A stretch of 64,000 nt of DNA from Candidatus Altiarchaeales archaeon (GTDB lineage Archaea; Altiarchaeota; Altiarchaeia; IMC4; SCGC-AAA252-I15): assembly GCA_014727915.1 (NCBI GenBank), contig WJMO01000005.1:224001-288000 (forward strand), written 5' to 3'. Position numbers and translations under genes: made by a program. Shown here in pieces: positions 30,050 to 38,778 of the stretch; the stretch's first letter is position 1, and every line of letters starts with the position of its first letter. Under the pieces are notes generated by a model. The model was given only the letters and a program-made list of their open reading frames with translations, did no database searches and was not told where the DNA came from.

Positions 30050-31545
30050 TTGCTCAACCTCCCGTATACCCTGTTTATGTCTGACACGGTTATTATGCCC
30101 TTGATCTTCCCCTCATCGTCGACGACGGGGGTCGCGTTGTAGCCGTGCTTCTCCAGCTTCCTTGACGTCTCGTCTATTGTGTCTGTCGATTTTGAGGTTA
30201 TGACGTTCCGTGTCATCACCTCCGAGAGCTTCCTCTTACCCTGGGACAGTGCCTTGGTGAAGTCGAAGGAGGTCACGATGCCGACGACCTTGCCTTCACC
30301 GTTGACTATGGGTATCTGGTCGACTCCCTTCTCCACCATCAGCTCCGACACCTTCTTCAGCGAGTCCTTCTCTGATGCCGTGTGCACCTTCCTCGTCATC
30401 CCGTCCGAAACATGGTATGTCCTGTCCCTGACTTTCATGGCCTTGACTTCTCTCTTGCCTGGCAGGCTCTCCACGCCGTTGGCTAACGTGAACTCTCCCT
30501 CTTCGATCCACTTCTTCAGCTCGTCCATGATGTCATATGCTATCTTGAAGCTGGACAGGGGGGCGGCCTTCACCTTATCCCCGTTCAACTCTACCTTGCC
30601 TGTTATGAGCTCGCTGTATCTCACCTTCCTGAGCACTGGCCTGTCAATCCTTGGAACGCCATAGTCGGTCAGGCTAGATTCTATCTCGTCGTTGGTGACC
30701 GCGGTCGACCTGGCGAGCTCATCGTTCAATATGGGTATTGGGATTCCGATGCCGACGAACAGGCTTGTCCCGTACTCTGGCAGCGTCCCGCCCCTCACAT
30801 AGTCTGTGCTCATGTCTCTCAGCTCTCCCTTGACCGCGATCGTGCCCAGTTGCGTCTGGGGCGAGTGCTGTGTTCCCTCCCCCACTATCCTTCCCTGGGC
30901 TCCTCCGAGGAATATCTTGGTGCCGAAACCGATCGTCCTGTACTCGGGGTCGTTGTTCAAGGGGCTTATGTGTCCCGTGCCTGCGAAGTTTATGTTCCCC
31001 GCGTTTGGCAGCAGCGTGCCCATGTACGTCCTTATCTTCCGGTCTGACAGGTTGACTGCGGACACATAGCGTTGATAGTTGTTGCGGGGATTGTAAAGGT
31101 AGGCTTGGTTCAGGTCATCCAATGTTACTGTGGTTTCGAGCCTTCTCTTGGGGTAGCAGTCCGTAGGGTATGCTGTTGCTCTGACCTTTATCTCCTTCCT
31201 GGCGATGAGGTCTTCGATGACGTGGCTTCCACCGTATTCGAATCCACGGTCCTGGCTAAGTTCCGTCGCTCCTATGTAGCAGTCCACTGCCGCGAGACCG
31301 GCGTATGCTTCCACCTCGTTCAGCCAGACCCTCTGCATCTTGATGGGTGGGTTGCTGTGCCCGAAGTTCAGGAAGGCTCCGGATGAGCACATCGCGCCGT
31401 ACGTCCCTGTTGTCACGACGTCCACTTCCTTGGCCGCCTTCTCCGCTCCTTTCTCGGCGACTATCTCTGGCATCTCATCGGCTCTCACGACTACTGCGTC
31501 GCCCTTCCTTATCTTCTCGTTGATTTCGGCTATCGTCTTTACCAT
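30046..31545 (-). CDS. L-aspartate semialdehyde sulfurtransferase (DUF39 + 2 CBS; MA1821/MJ0100 type)
   Basis: KTIAEINEKI, VDVVTTGTYGAMCSSG, YGGSHVIEDL, TYMGTLLP, SPLNNDP, IGIPIP; C-terminal CBS pair. Confidence 0.94.
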   Translation of the reverse strand: MVKTIAEINEKIRKGDAVVVRADEMPEIVAEKGAEKAAKEVDVVTTGTYGAMCSSGAFLNFGHSNPPIKMQRVWLNEVEAYAGLAAVDCYIGATELSQDRGFEYGGSHVIEDLIARKEIKVRATAYPTDCYPKRRLETTVTLDDLNQAYLYNPRNNYQRYVSAVNLSDRKIRTYMGTLLPNAGNINFAGTGHISPLNNDPEYRTIGFGTKIFLGGAQGRIVGEGTQHSPQTQLGTIAVKGELRDMSTDYVRGGTLPEYGTSLFVGIGIPIPILNDELARSTAVTNDEIESSLTDYGVPRIDRPVLRKVRYSELITGKVELNGDKVKAAPLSSFKIAYDIMDELKKWIEEGEFTLANGVESLPGKREVKAMKVRDRTYHVSDGMTRKVHTASEKDSLKKVSELMVEKGVDQIPIVNGEGKVVGIVTSFDFTKALSQGKRKLSEVMTRNVITSKSTDTIDETSRKLEKHGYNATPVVDDEGKIKGIITVSDINRVYGRLSK

Positions 31546-31590
31546 TGACAAAAAACAGTGTTATTCTCATATAAATACTTGCCTATTTTT

Positions 31591-31714
31591 ATTATGCATT
31601 TATGCATAATTATGTTTTTGGGCATATTCAAAGCCGCAAAATCCACTTAAACCCAAACCTTTTTAACACATAGTCGAATATGCATATGCATTGGTGAATA
31701 TGCGCCGGTGCATA
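31591..31714. promoter_or_regulatory. Cluster of TATGC-N6-GCATA inverted-repeat operator sites in a divergent promoter
   Basis: Perfect sites at 31593-31608 and 31699-31714; one-mismatch sites at 31611-31626 and 31685-31700. Confidence 0.65.
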
Positions 31715-31758
31715 CTGTGGGAGCACCTCAGGGGTGGGGTGTCTAAGCAGGTGATGTG

Positions 31759-32319
31759 ATGCAGCTTCCACCGTTGGCTGAAATAGAGAAGCTCAGGAAG
31801 AGACTGGGTCTCACCCAGACGGAACTTGCAGTCAAGGCAGAGGTCAGCCAGAGCCTCATAGCACGCTTGGAAGCCGGCACTGTAGACCCGCGCTACAGCA
31901 AGGTAGCCAAGATATTCCTCGCCCTCGACGAGATGAAGGGCAAGGAACTGGAAGCCCAGCAGATCATGACCAAAGGCGTCGTGGGAATACAGCACACCGC
32001 GTCCATCGAATACGCGGCGACCAAGCTGAAGAAACACAACCTGAGCCAGATGCCCGTATTCGACGGCGACAAGGCCATAGGATCGTTCTCCGAGAAAGTC
32101 GTATTAGGCCTCATATCCAAGGGCGCCGACGCCAAGACATTCTCCAAGGAAGAGGTGGGCGAACACATGGAGGAATCATTCCCGACGGTCAAACCTGAGA
32201 CTCCCCTGAGCGTGGTCTCAGCCCTCCTGGAGCATAACACAGCCGTGGTAGTGCAGGAGCAGGGAAAGAACATTGGAATAATAACTAAAGCCGACCTATT
32301 GAAGGTCGTCCACAAATAG
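31759..32319 (+). CDS. XRE-HTH + CBS transcriptional regulator (COG3620)
   Basis: LRKRLGLTQTELAVKAEVSQSLIARLEAGTVDPRYS followed by a CBS pair. Confidence 0.93.
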   Translation: MQLPPLAEIEKLRKRLGLTQTELAVKAEVSQSLIARLEAGTVDPRYSKVAKIFLALDEMKGKELEAQQIMTKGVVGIQHTASIEYAATKLKKHNLSQMPVFDGDKAIGSFSEKVVLGLISKGADAKTFSKEEVGEHMEESFPTVKPETPLSVVSALLEHNTAVVVQEQGKNIGIITKADLLKVVHK

Positions 32320-32328
32320 AAGCGAAAC

Positions 32329-33024
32329 CTAGCTGAATGCGACGTGTAACTGGTCCAACTCCCGGGCGAGCATCCTCAACTCAGCAGTCACCTCACTTGG
32401 CAGGTCGTACATGAGCAGATTGCCTATCCTGCTCTTGATCCTATGGTGCAAGTTGCTAGTGTCCCCGCCGTTGCCCTCGTAGTGGACTGGCGGCTGTTCC
32501 CTCTTCCCGTTGCCCTCCACCCTGGATTCGATCCAATTTAGGCTCCTCTCGATGCTGGCCTTCTTCCGGTCGGGCAGGTTGTCTGCTATGCCCTTCACCC
32601 AGTTGCCTCCCGAAGACTTCTTCTGCGTGGGCTTATCCCGGTTCTCCATGTCGCTGATGAGCCGGTTGAAAAAACCGTTACCCCCCGAACTCCCATTGCC
32701 CCCCGACGAAGATGACTTGCTGAACAGGTTCATCGTGCTCTGAGTCCGCCCGTTGGCAGATTCGCTCTGCTTCCTGACATGCCTGACTCTCCTGGGCTCC
32801 TCGGCGGGCATGGCCATCCGGAGCTCGTCCGAGAACTGCTTCTCCCTCGCATACTCCCGGTCCATCTGCTTGCTGGATAAAACGACGGTCTCGTTCTCAT
32901 AGTGTATGCCTCGCTTGTCACCGTAGACCTGCCTGCAAGCCAACTCGTTAGAAACCTTCTCCATAACCCCCTTACTCCAGGGGCCAGACCTTGTCCTTGT
33001 GCTGGTACAGCCGTTTATCCTCAT
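32329..33024 (-). CDS. Hypothetical protein, low-complexity S/G/N centre, helical C-terminus
   Basis: Long ORF filling the gap between convergent and divergent neighbours; no recognisable motif; start uncertain. Confidence 0.55.
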   Translation of the reverse strand: MRINGCTSTRTRSGPWSKGVMEKVSNELACRQVYGDKRGIHYENETVVLSSKQMDREYAREKQFSDELRMAMPAEEPRRVRHVRKQSESANGRTQSTMNLFSKSSSSGGNGSSGGNGFFNRLISDMENRDKPTQKKSSGGNWVKGIADNLPDRKKASIERSLNWIESRVEGNGKREQPPVHYEGNGGDTSNLHHRIKSRIGNLLMYDLPSEVTAELRMLARELDQLHVAFS

Positions 33025-33070
33025 GGAAAGTCACCAAACAGATTTGCTGCCAGCCAACCAAGTAGTTAAT

Positions 33071-33086
33071 TATGCAAACCTGCATT
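33071..33086. promoter_or_regulatory. Additional TATGC-N6-GCAT(T) operator-like site
   Basis: TATGC-AAACCT-GCATT in the divergent promoter between the hypothetical gene and aconitase. Confidence 0.5.
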
Positions 33087-33242
33087 AAAAAACCTTTCGG
33101 TTATTCTCACTGGTTTCTTTGTAGAAATATTGGGCTTTTCGGCTTTTTCCGGATTTTCCTGCGGTATCCTCCTTTTCCGGCCTTCTGTGTTTTCCATGGT
33201 CTTTTTTAATGGGGCTGCCACTATTAATGTGACTGTAGGAAC

Positions 33243-35141
33243 ATGGCTTCGGTCGCTGAGAAGATACTGTCCACACATGTTGTGGGAGAGGAGGACGGCG
33301 AGATAGCAGTCCGAATAGACCAGACTCTCACCCAGGACGCGACGGGGACGATGGCCTTCCTCCAGTTCGAAGCCCTTGACCTCCCAAAGGTCAGGACCGA
33401 GCTGAGCGTCTCCTACGTAGACCATAACACTTTGCAGACGGAGACGTTGAACGCCGACGACCACCGGTACCTGCAGACTGCAGCCTCGAAGTATGGGGTG
33501 CTGTTCAGCAGGCCCGGCAACGGCATATGCCACCAGGTCCACCTGGAACGCTTCGCGAAACCCGGCAGGACACTCCTGGGATCGGACAGCCACACACCCA
33601 CCTCCGGGGGCATGGGAATGCTGGCGGTCGGCGCGGGAGGTCTGGACGTGGCACTGGCTATGGCAGGCCACCCCTTCTGGATGAAAAAGCCGAAGATAGT
33701 CGGCGTCGAACTCACAGGAGAACTCAAACCCTGGGTGTCAGCCAAAGATGTCATACTCGAGATACTACGTCGTAAGGGGGTAAAAGGAGGAGTCGGAAAG
33801 ATATTAGAATACCATGGTGAAGGTGTAGAAACGCTATCCGTCCCTGATCGGGCGACAATATCCAACATGGGAGCCGAGATGGGAGCCACAACCTCGTTGT
33901 TCCCCAGCGACAAGGTGACAAAGTCCTTCCTCGCATCCCAGGACAGGGAATCCGACTGGGCCGAGCTCAAAGCCGACGGCGAAAGCGGATACGATGAGAA
34001 ACTCCACCTGGACCTTTCCTCCGTCGAGCCAATGGTCGCCAAACCCCACAGCCCAGATAACGTCTTCAAAGTCTCCGACGAAGCCGGACTGAAGGTTGAC
34101 CAAGTATGCATCGGCTCATGCACCAACAGCAGCCTGAAAGACCTGATGATGGCCGCCCAGCTGCTCGATGGCAGGACGGTTCACCCTGACGTGAGCCTCA
34201 CAATATCGCCTGGTTCGAAGCAGGTTTTGAAGATGCTGTCAGAGAGCGGGCACCTGACCAAGCTGATAGACTCGGGGGCGAGGATACTCGAATGCGCATG
34301 CGGCCCATGCATAGGGATGGGGCAGAGCCCCAAGTTCAAGAGCGTGTCGGTGAGGACGTTCAACCGCAACTTCCAGGGAAGGAGCGGAACCGAGGACGCA
34401 GGCATATACCTTACCGGTGTTGAGGCGGCAGTCGCAGCCGCCATAAAAGGAGAGCTCACAGACCCCCTGGAACTAGGCGAATACCCCGACATAAAACTGC
34501 CCGGCATGTTCTCGGTCGATGACTCGATGATAATCCGGCCCACAGGCGGGGAGATCATTCGCGGGAACAACATAAAACCCCTATGCCTCAACCGCCCATT
34601 GTCCGACAAGATAAAGGGCGACGTTCTCATCAAGGTCGGCGACAACATATCCACAGACCACATACTCCCTGCAGGCTCCAAATGCCTCCCCCTCCGGAGC
34701 AACATACCCGCCATAAGCGAGTACGTCTTCCACAGCATAGACAAGAAATTCCCCAAGCGCGCCAAGAAAAAGAAGGGCGGATTCATCGTTGCGGGCAGCA
34801 ACTACGGCCAGGGCAGCTCACGAGAGCACGCCGCACTGGCCCCAATGTACCTCGGGGTCAAGGCCGTGCTAGCCAAGTCATTCGCCCGCATACACCGGTC
34901 CAACCTGATAAACTTCGGCATACTGCCCCTGGAGTTCAACGACCCCAGCGACTACGACGACCTCGAAAGGGGAGACGAGATCGCCATAAAGGGCCTGAGG
35001 GAGTGCCTCGCCAGGGGCGACGGAGAGCTGAAGGTCAAAGCCGACGACGAGAAGATAAAAGTCACATCAGACCTTACCCGCAGGCAGAGGGAGATAATAC
35101 TCGCCGGCGGACTGCTGAACTACGCGAGGGAAAATGCATAA
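33243..35141 (+). CDS. Aconitate hydratase (short single-chain type)
   Basis: QDATG, DHN, GICHQ, GSDSHT, IGSCTN, CACGPCIG, FNRNF, STDHI, YGQGSSREHA. Confidence 0.93.
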   Translation: MASVAEKILSTHVVGEEDGEIAVRIDQTLTQDATGTMAFLQFEALDLPKVRTELSVSYVDHNTLQTETLNADDHRYLQTAASKYGVLFSRPGNGICHQVHLERFAKPGRTLLGSDSHTPTSGGMGMLAVGAGGLDVALAMAGHPFWMKKPKIVGVELTGELKPWVSAKDVILEILRRKGVKGGVGKILEYHGEGVETLSVPDRATISNMGAEMGATTSLFPSDKVTKSFLASQDRESDWAELKADGESGYDEKLHLDLSSVEPMVAKPHSPDNVFKVSDEAGLKVDQVCIGSCTNSSLKDLMMAAQLLDGRTVHPDVSLTISPGSKQVLKMLSESGHLTKLIDSGARILECACGPCIGMGQSPKFKSVSVRTFNRNFQGRSGTEDAGIYLTGVEAAVAAAIKGELTDPLELGEYPDIKLPGMFSVDDSMIIRPTGGEIIRGNNIKPLCLNRPLSDKIKGDVLIKVGDNISTDHILPAGSKCLPLRSNIPAISEYVFHSIDKKFPKRAKKKKGGFIVAGSNYGQGSSREHAALAPMYLGVKAVLAKSFARIHRSNLINFGILPLEFNDPSDYDDLERGDEIAIKGLRECLARGDGELKVKADDEKIKVTSDLTRRQREIILAGGLLNYARENA

Positions 35142-36189
35142 CATAACTTTGATAACAGGTGACGGTATCGGCCCGGAGGTCGCTGAGGCGGCCCGAAAGT
35201 GCGTAGACGCGACAGGAGTGCAGGTGGACTGGGACGTTCAACCCGCAGGATTGGAAGTACACGAGAAATCCGGCGATCCCTTGCCGAATTCGGTCTTCGA
35301 TTCCATACGCAAGAACAGGACTGCATTGAAGGCCCCCACGACAACACCTTTGGGTTCAGGATACCGCAGCGTCAACGTCAGGTTGCGGCATGAGCTTGAC
35401 CTATATGTGAACATGCGCCCCGCCAGGACACTGCCCGGCACATCAGGCGTAGAAGGTGTGGACTTGGTGGTGTTCAGGGAGAACTCTGAAGGTGCATACA
35501 CTGGAGTCGAGTTCAGCCGAGGCGAGGAAGAAACCAGGGACTTCATAGGCTACGTGAGCGAACACAAGGGCTTCAAGTTCAAGGACGACTCGGCGTTCTC
35601 CATAAAGTCCATCTCATACTCCGGGTCCAAGCGGATAATCGAAAGGGCATTCGAATACGCGGTAAAGTCCGGCAGGCATAAGGTCACATCCTCCACCAAG
35701 TCCAATGTTATGAAGGCCACTGACGGCCTGTTCCTGAAGGTCGCGGGAGAGATCGCGAGAAGATATGAAATCGAACATGAGCACATCCTCGCAGACGCAC
35801 TCTGCATGCTACTGGTGATGAAACCCAGGGAATTCGACGTCCTCGTCATGCCCAACCTCTACGGCGACATAGTATCGGAGATAGCCGCAGGGTTGACCGG
35901 GGGCATCGGCCTCGCGCCCGGAGCCAACATAGGAGACGAGTACGCAGTCTTCGAGGCCATACACGGGTCAGCCCCGGACATCGCAGGCAGGGGAATAGCC
36001 AACCCCACAGCGTTGATACTCTCCGCCTGCTTGATGCTCGACCACCTCGGAGAACACAAGGCCGCGTCAGACCTGAGAAAAGCCGTTGAAGATGTCATAG
36101 AAGAGGGAAGGCACGTAACCCCGGACTTGAAACCTAAATCGAAGACCACAACAGACCAGATGGCAAACGCCATAATCGAAAGAATATGA
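35134..36189 (+). CDS. Isocitrate/isopropylmalate-family dehydrogenase (probably isocitrate dehydrogenase)
   Basis: GDGIGPEV, RSVNV, FRENSEGAY, KSNVMK, PNLYGDIVSE, FEAIHGSAPDIAG; overlaps aconitase. Confidence 0.9.
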   Translation: MHNITLITGDGIGPEVAEAARKCVDATGVQVDWDVQPAGLEVHEKSGDPLPNSVFDSIRKNRTALKAPTTTPLGSGYRSVNVRLRHELDLYVNMRPARTLPGTSGVEGVDLVVFRENSEGAYTGVEFSRGEEETRDFIGYVSEHKGFKFKDDSAFSIKSISYSGSKRIIERAFEYAVKSGRHKVTSSTKSNVMKATDGLFLKVAGEIARRYEIEHEHILADALCMLLVMKPREFDVLVMPNLYGDIVSEIAAGLTGGIGLAPGANIGDEYAVFEAIHGSAPDIAGRGIANPTALILSACLMLDHLGEHKAASDLRKAVEDVIEEGRHVTPDLKPKSKTTTDQMANAIIERI

Positions 36190-36192
36190 AAC

Positions 36193-36396
36193 ATGCCGAC
36201 TTTTAAGGGCTTCGGTGAATACTATACCATGGGCGACTACGACGGAGAAATCTACCGGAGCATGAACGACATCTACGGGGAAGTGAACAACATGCGGATG
36301 ACCATACAAACGTTGAACGAGACCATGAAGGAAGTCGCAATGGAGATAAAAGCCCTCCGAGACGACCTGAAACAGCAGAGGAACAGCCCCATCTAG
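36193..36396 (+). CDS. Small coiled-coil hypothetical protein
   Basis: Starts 3 nt after the dehydrogenase; heptad pattern VNNMRMTIQTLNETMKEVAMEIKALRDDL. Confidence 0.6.
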   Translation: MPTFKGFGEYYTMGDYDGEIYRSMNDIYGEVNNMRMTIQTLNETMKEVAMEIKALRDDLKQQRNSPI

Positions 36397-36560
36397 GCAC
36401 TTTCCCCGTGGCGTTTTTTTATCTCAGCCAATTCCCCCTTAGACGGCAGATCAGCCCCAAGGTATTCTATCACCTCCTGCCTCACATCATTGCCTTCCCT
36501 GACGCTCCTTACCAGATAATAGTACTCTCTACCCTTGACCCTCTTCTTCCGGACAAACAT
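36393..36560 (-). CDS. 55-aa basic protein resembling the IS1634-transposase / DPANN Fic N-terminal beta-sheet module (not in ORF track)
   Basis: Manual translation MFVRKKRVKGREYYYLVRSVREGNDVRQEVIEYLGADLPSKGELAEIKKRHGESA*; starts 9 nt after the proC stop. Confidence 0.75.
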   Translation of the reverse strand: MFVRKKRVKGREYYYLVRSVREGNDVRQEVIEYLGADLPSKGELAEIKKRHGESA

Positions 36561-36569
36561 GCTAAAAAC

Positions 36570-37355
36570 CTACTTGCCGAGCTTTTTTGACTTTAGCGTG
36601 GCTGCGTGAACCGCGTCCACTAGGGATTTCCCGACTTTGAGCGCTTCCAGCTTCTTCAAACCCTCCTCTGTCGTTCCCCCAGGGCTCTTGACCTCGTCTA
36701 TCAGCTCTTCAGGCGACTTCTTCGTGGTTATGACCATGTCGACAGAGCCCCTAATGGTCTGCAAAACAAGATTGTGGGATGTCTTCTCGTCCAAACCCTC
36801 CTTGACCCCCGCTTCAGTAAGCGCTCTTATTATGTAGTAAACGTATGCGGGGCCTGAACCGCTCAAACCCGTTACTGCGTCCATGTGCTTCTCCTCCACC
36901 TTGAATGCGATGCCTATGGAATTCAACAGGCTGCCCACGAGCACAGAATCCTCCTCCCCAGCCCTCTTACCCAGGCAGTATGCAGCCGCCAGCTCATATA
37001 TGACGGCGGGAGTGTTGGGCATAACCCTAATCACCCGGGCTTCCTTCAGCCGCTTCTCTATAGCCTTTGTCTTTACGCCCGCGGCTATCGATACTATGAG
37101 CCGGCTGCCCGCAATGTCCTCTATCTCATCCAAAACGTCCTCCATGTCCTTCGGCTTGACGCAGAGGAAGACGACATCGGATTCCTGCACCACTTCAAAC
37201 GCGCTGTACTTGGAAGCGACCCCCGCCTTCTCCAGAGCGTCCGGGTCCTTGTCGTATGCTAGAACGTTCGACGGTTCGATAAGCCCCCTGCTGATGAAAC
37301 CCTTCAAAAGGGCTGATCCCATCCTCCCTACCCCCACGAAACCGAACCGTGTCAT
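36570..37355 (-). CDS. proC: Pyrroline-5-carboxylate reductase
   Basis: GFVGVGRMG, LCVKP, VSIAAG, RVMPNTP, GLSGSGPAY, SPGGTT. Confidence 0.97.
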   Translation of the reverse strand: MTRFGFVGVGRMGSALLKGFISRGLIEPSNVLAYDKDPDALEKAGVASKYSAFEVVQESDVVFLCVKPKDMEDVLDEIEDIAGSRLIVSIAAGVKTKAIEKRLKEARVIRVMPNTPAVIYELAAAYCLGKRAGEEDSVLVGSLLNSIGIAFKVEEKHMDAVTGLSGSGPAYVYYIIRALTEAGVKEGLDEKTSHNLVLQTIRGSVDMVITTKKSPEELIDEVKSPGGTTEEGLKKLEALKVGKSLVDAVHAATLKSKKLGK

Positions 37356-37470
37356 GATGTACACCCATGGGATTATGGAATAAAAAAACAGTTGTTCACC
37401 CCTGTTCACTTACGTCCATAGGAAACCTTATATGGGGTTCATGTGTGGTATCCTGTGAGGTGATATTGCA

Positions 37471-38727
37471 ATGAAAAAAACAACGACACTTTTCGTATTG
37501 GCTTTGCTGGCCACCACCGCGTGGGCGGCAAACGACCTGGCCGCGTCCACTGGCAGGCCAGCATTCGCTTCGGCGAAGGCCGTGGCAGAACCTGACATAG
37601 CCCTGTATAGGCCATATGACCAGGTGAAAGTGAAAATAGACCCTAGTAGAAAATATGTGAAAAACGGAGAAACCGCAGTGTACTATATCACACTGGCTGA
37701 CAACCACCCAAGACCAATATGTGCCTTGGAGGAAGAATATGATGTATCATGTCCAGTTCCACTGCACACATATAAAATATACGTAAATGGTCTTCCATTC
37801 GAAATTGAATACCCCGAGGAGGTAGAGGTGCCGGCGGGAGATGCCAGGGAGTTCAAACTGGTCGTGGACACCGGAGCACCAGTAGTAGAGGCTGAGATTG
37901 CTCTTGAGTCCGTTGAAGCCCATGTGGCAGATGACGGCGAGACGGTATCCGGCTCCGTTGGAGCTTCGAACCCAACACAGAAGATACTGGTCGGGAAACC
38001 CTATTATTTCAGGGTTTCAGCAAAATCCGATGACGCCTACGGGGCGGGCAAGGCAGTCCTTTACGTGGGAAGGAACATAATACCCCCCACACCAGGCGAT
38101 GAAGTGGATGTGAAGCTATACAAAGGATGGAACATAGTAAGCCTGCCTGGCATAGGCAAGGTAGTGAAGGCTCCGACACCAGAACCCTACGTTGATGGTT
38201 CAGTGCCTGAATCATACGAATATGACTACTCAGACGCTGAGGTCTCAGTGGAAGATGTGGAGTCACTGCCTGAACGACACCCTAGGATGTACTTCTTCAT
38301 CTACTTGAAGGACGAGAACAGGTATGCCACGTTCGCCGAAGCTGTAAGGCTCATGGGTAGATTGGAGTTCCGCAGGTACCTGCAGCACAACGCCTTCTGG
38401 GTGTACACGCCATCGGACGAGGTGCTTTCCTTCAGGGTGTCCCGGTTCACGAGTTACAACGGGATGCCAGTGGGGGAGGGCTGGAACTTCATACCCGTAA
38501 CCAGGGACATGAACGGTGTGTCATTGGATGATGTCAGCGGCACCTGCGACTTCCAGAGGCTGTACATGTGGGACAAGCAAGACCAGCAATGGTACAAGAT
38601 CGATGGAAGCCATGTTTTCAGCAGCAGGGAGCTATACACGGGTATAGTCGCAAGCGCCGAGGAGGACTGCAAGCTCGGCAAAAAATACGCGGAACCGGAC
38701 ATTGAGCCTCCGTCACTCCCAGACTAA
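37471..38727 (+). CDS. Secreted/cell-surface protein with two GWN(I/F)xP-type motifs
   Basis: Signal peptide MKKTTTLFVLALLATTAWA; LYKGWNIVSLP and VGEGWNFIPV; acidic composition. Confidence 0.75.
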   Translation: MKKTTTLFVLALLATTAWAANDLAASTGRPAFASAKAVAEPDIALYRPYDQVKVKIDPSRKYVKNGETAVYYITLADNHPRPICALEEEYDVSCPVPLHTYKIYVNGLPFEIEYPEEVEVPAGDAREFKLVVDTGAPVVEAEIALESVEAHVADDGETVSGSVGASNPTQKILVGKPYYFRVSAKSDDAYGAGKAVLYVGRNIIPPTPGDEVDVKLYKGWNIVSLPGIGKVVKAPTPEPYVDGSVPESYEYDYSDAEVSVEDVESLPERHPRMYFFIYLKDENRYATFAEAVRLMGRLEFRRYLQHNAFWVYTPSDEVLSFRVSRFTSYNGMPVGEGWNFIPVTRDMNGVSLDDVSGTCDFQRLYMWDKQDQQWYKIDGSHVFSSRELYTGIVASAEEDCKLGKKYAEPDIEPPSLPD

Positions 38728-38744
38728 GCCAACAACCACCCACA

Positions 38745-38773
38745 GGGCCCCGCTTCCGATGGGGGCGGGGCTC
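38745..38773. terminator. GC-rich hairpin between convergent genes
   Basis: GGGCCCCGCTTCC-GAT-GGGGGCGGGGCTC pairs with G-U wobbles. Confidence 0.5.
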
Positions 38774-38778
38774 AACAC

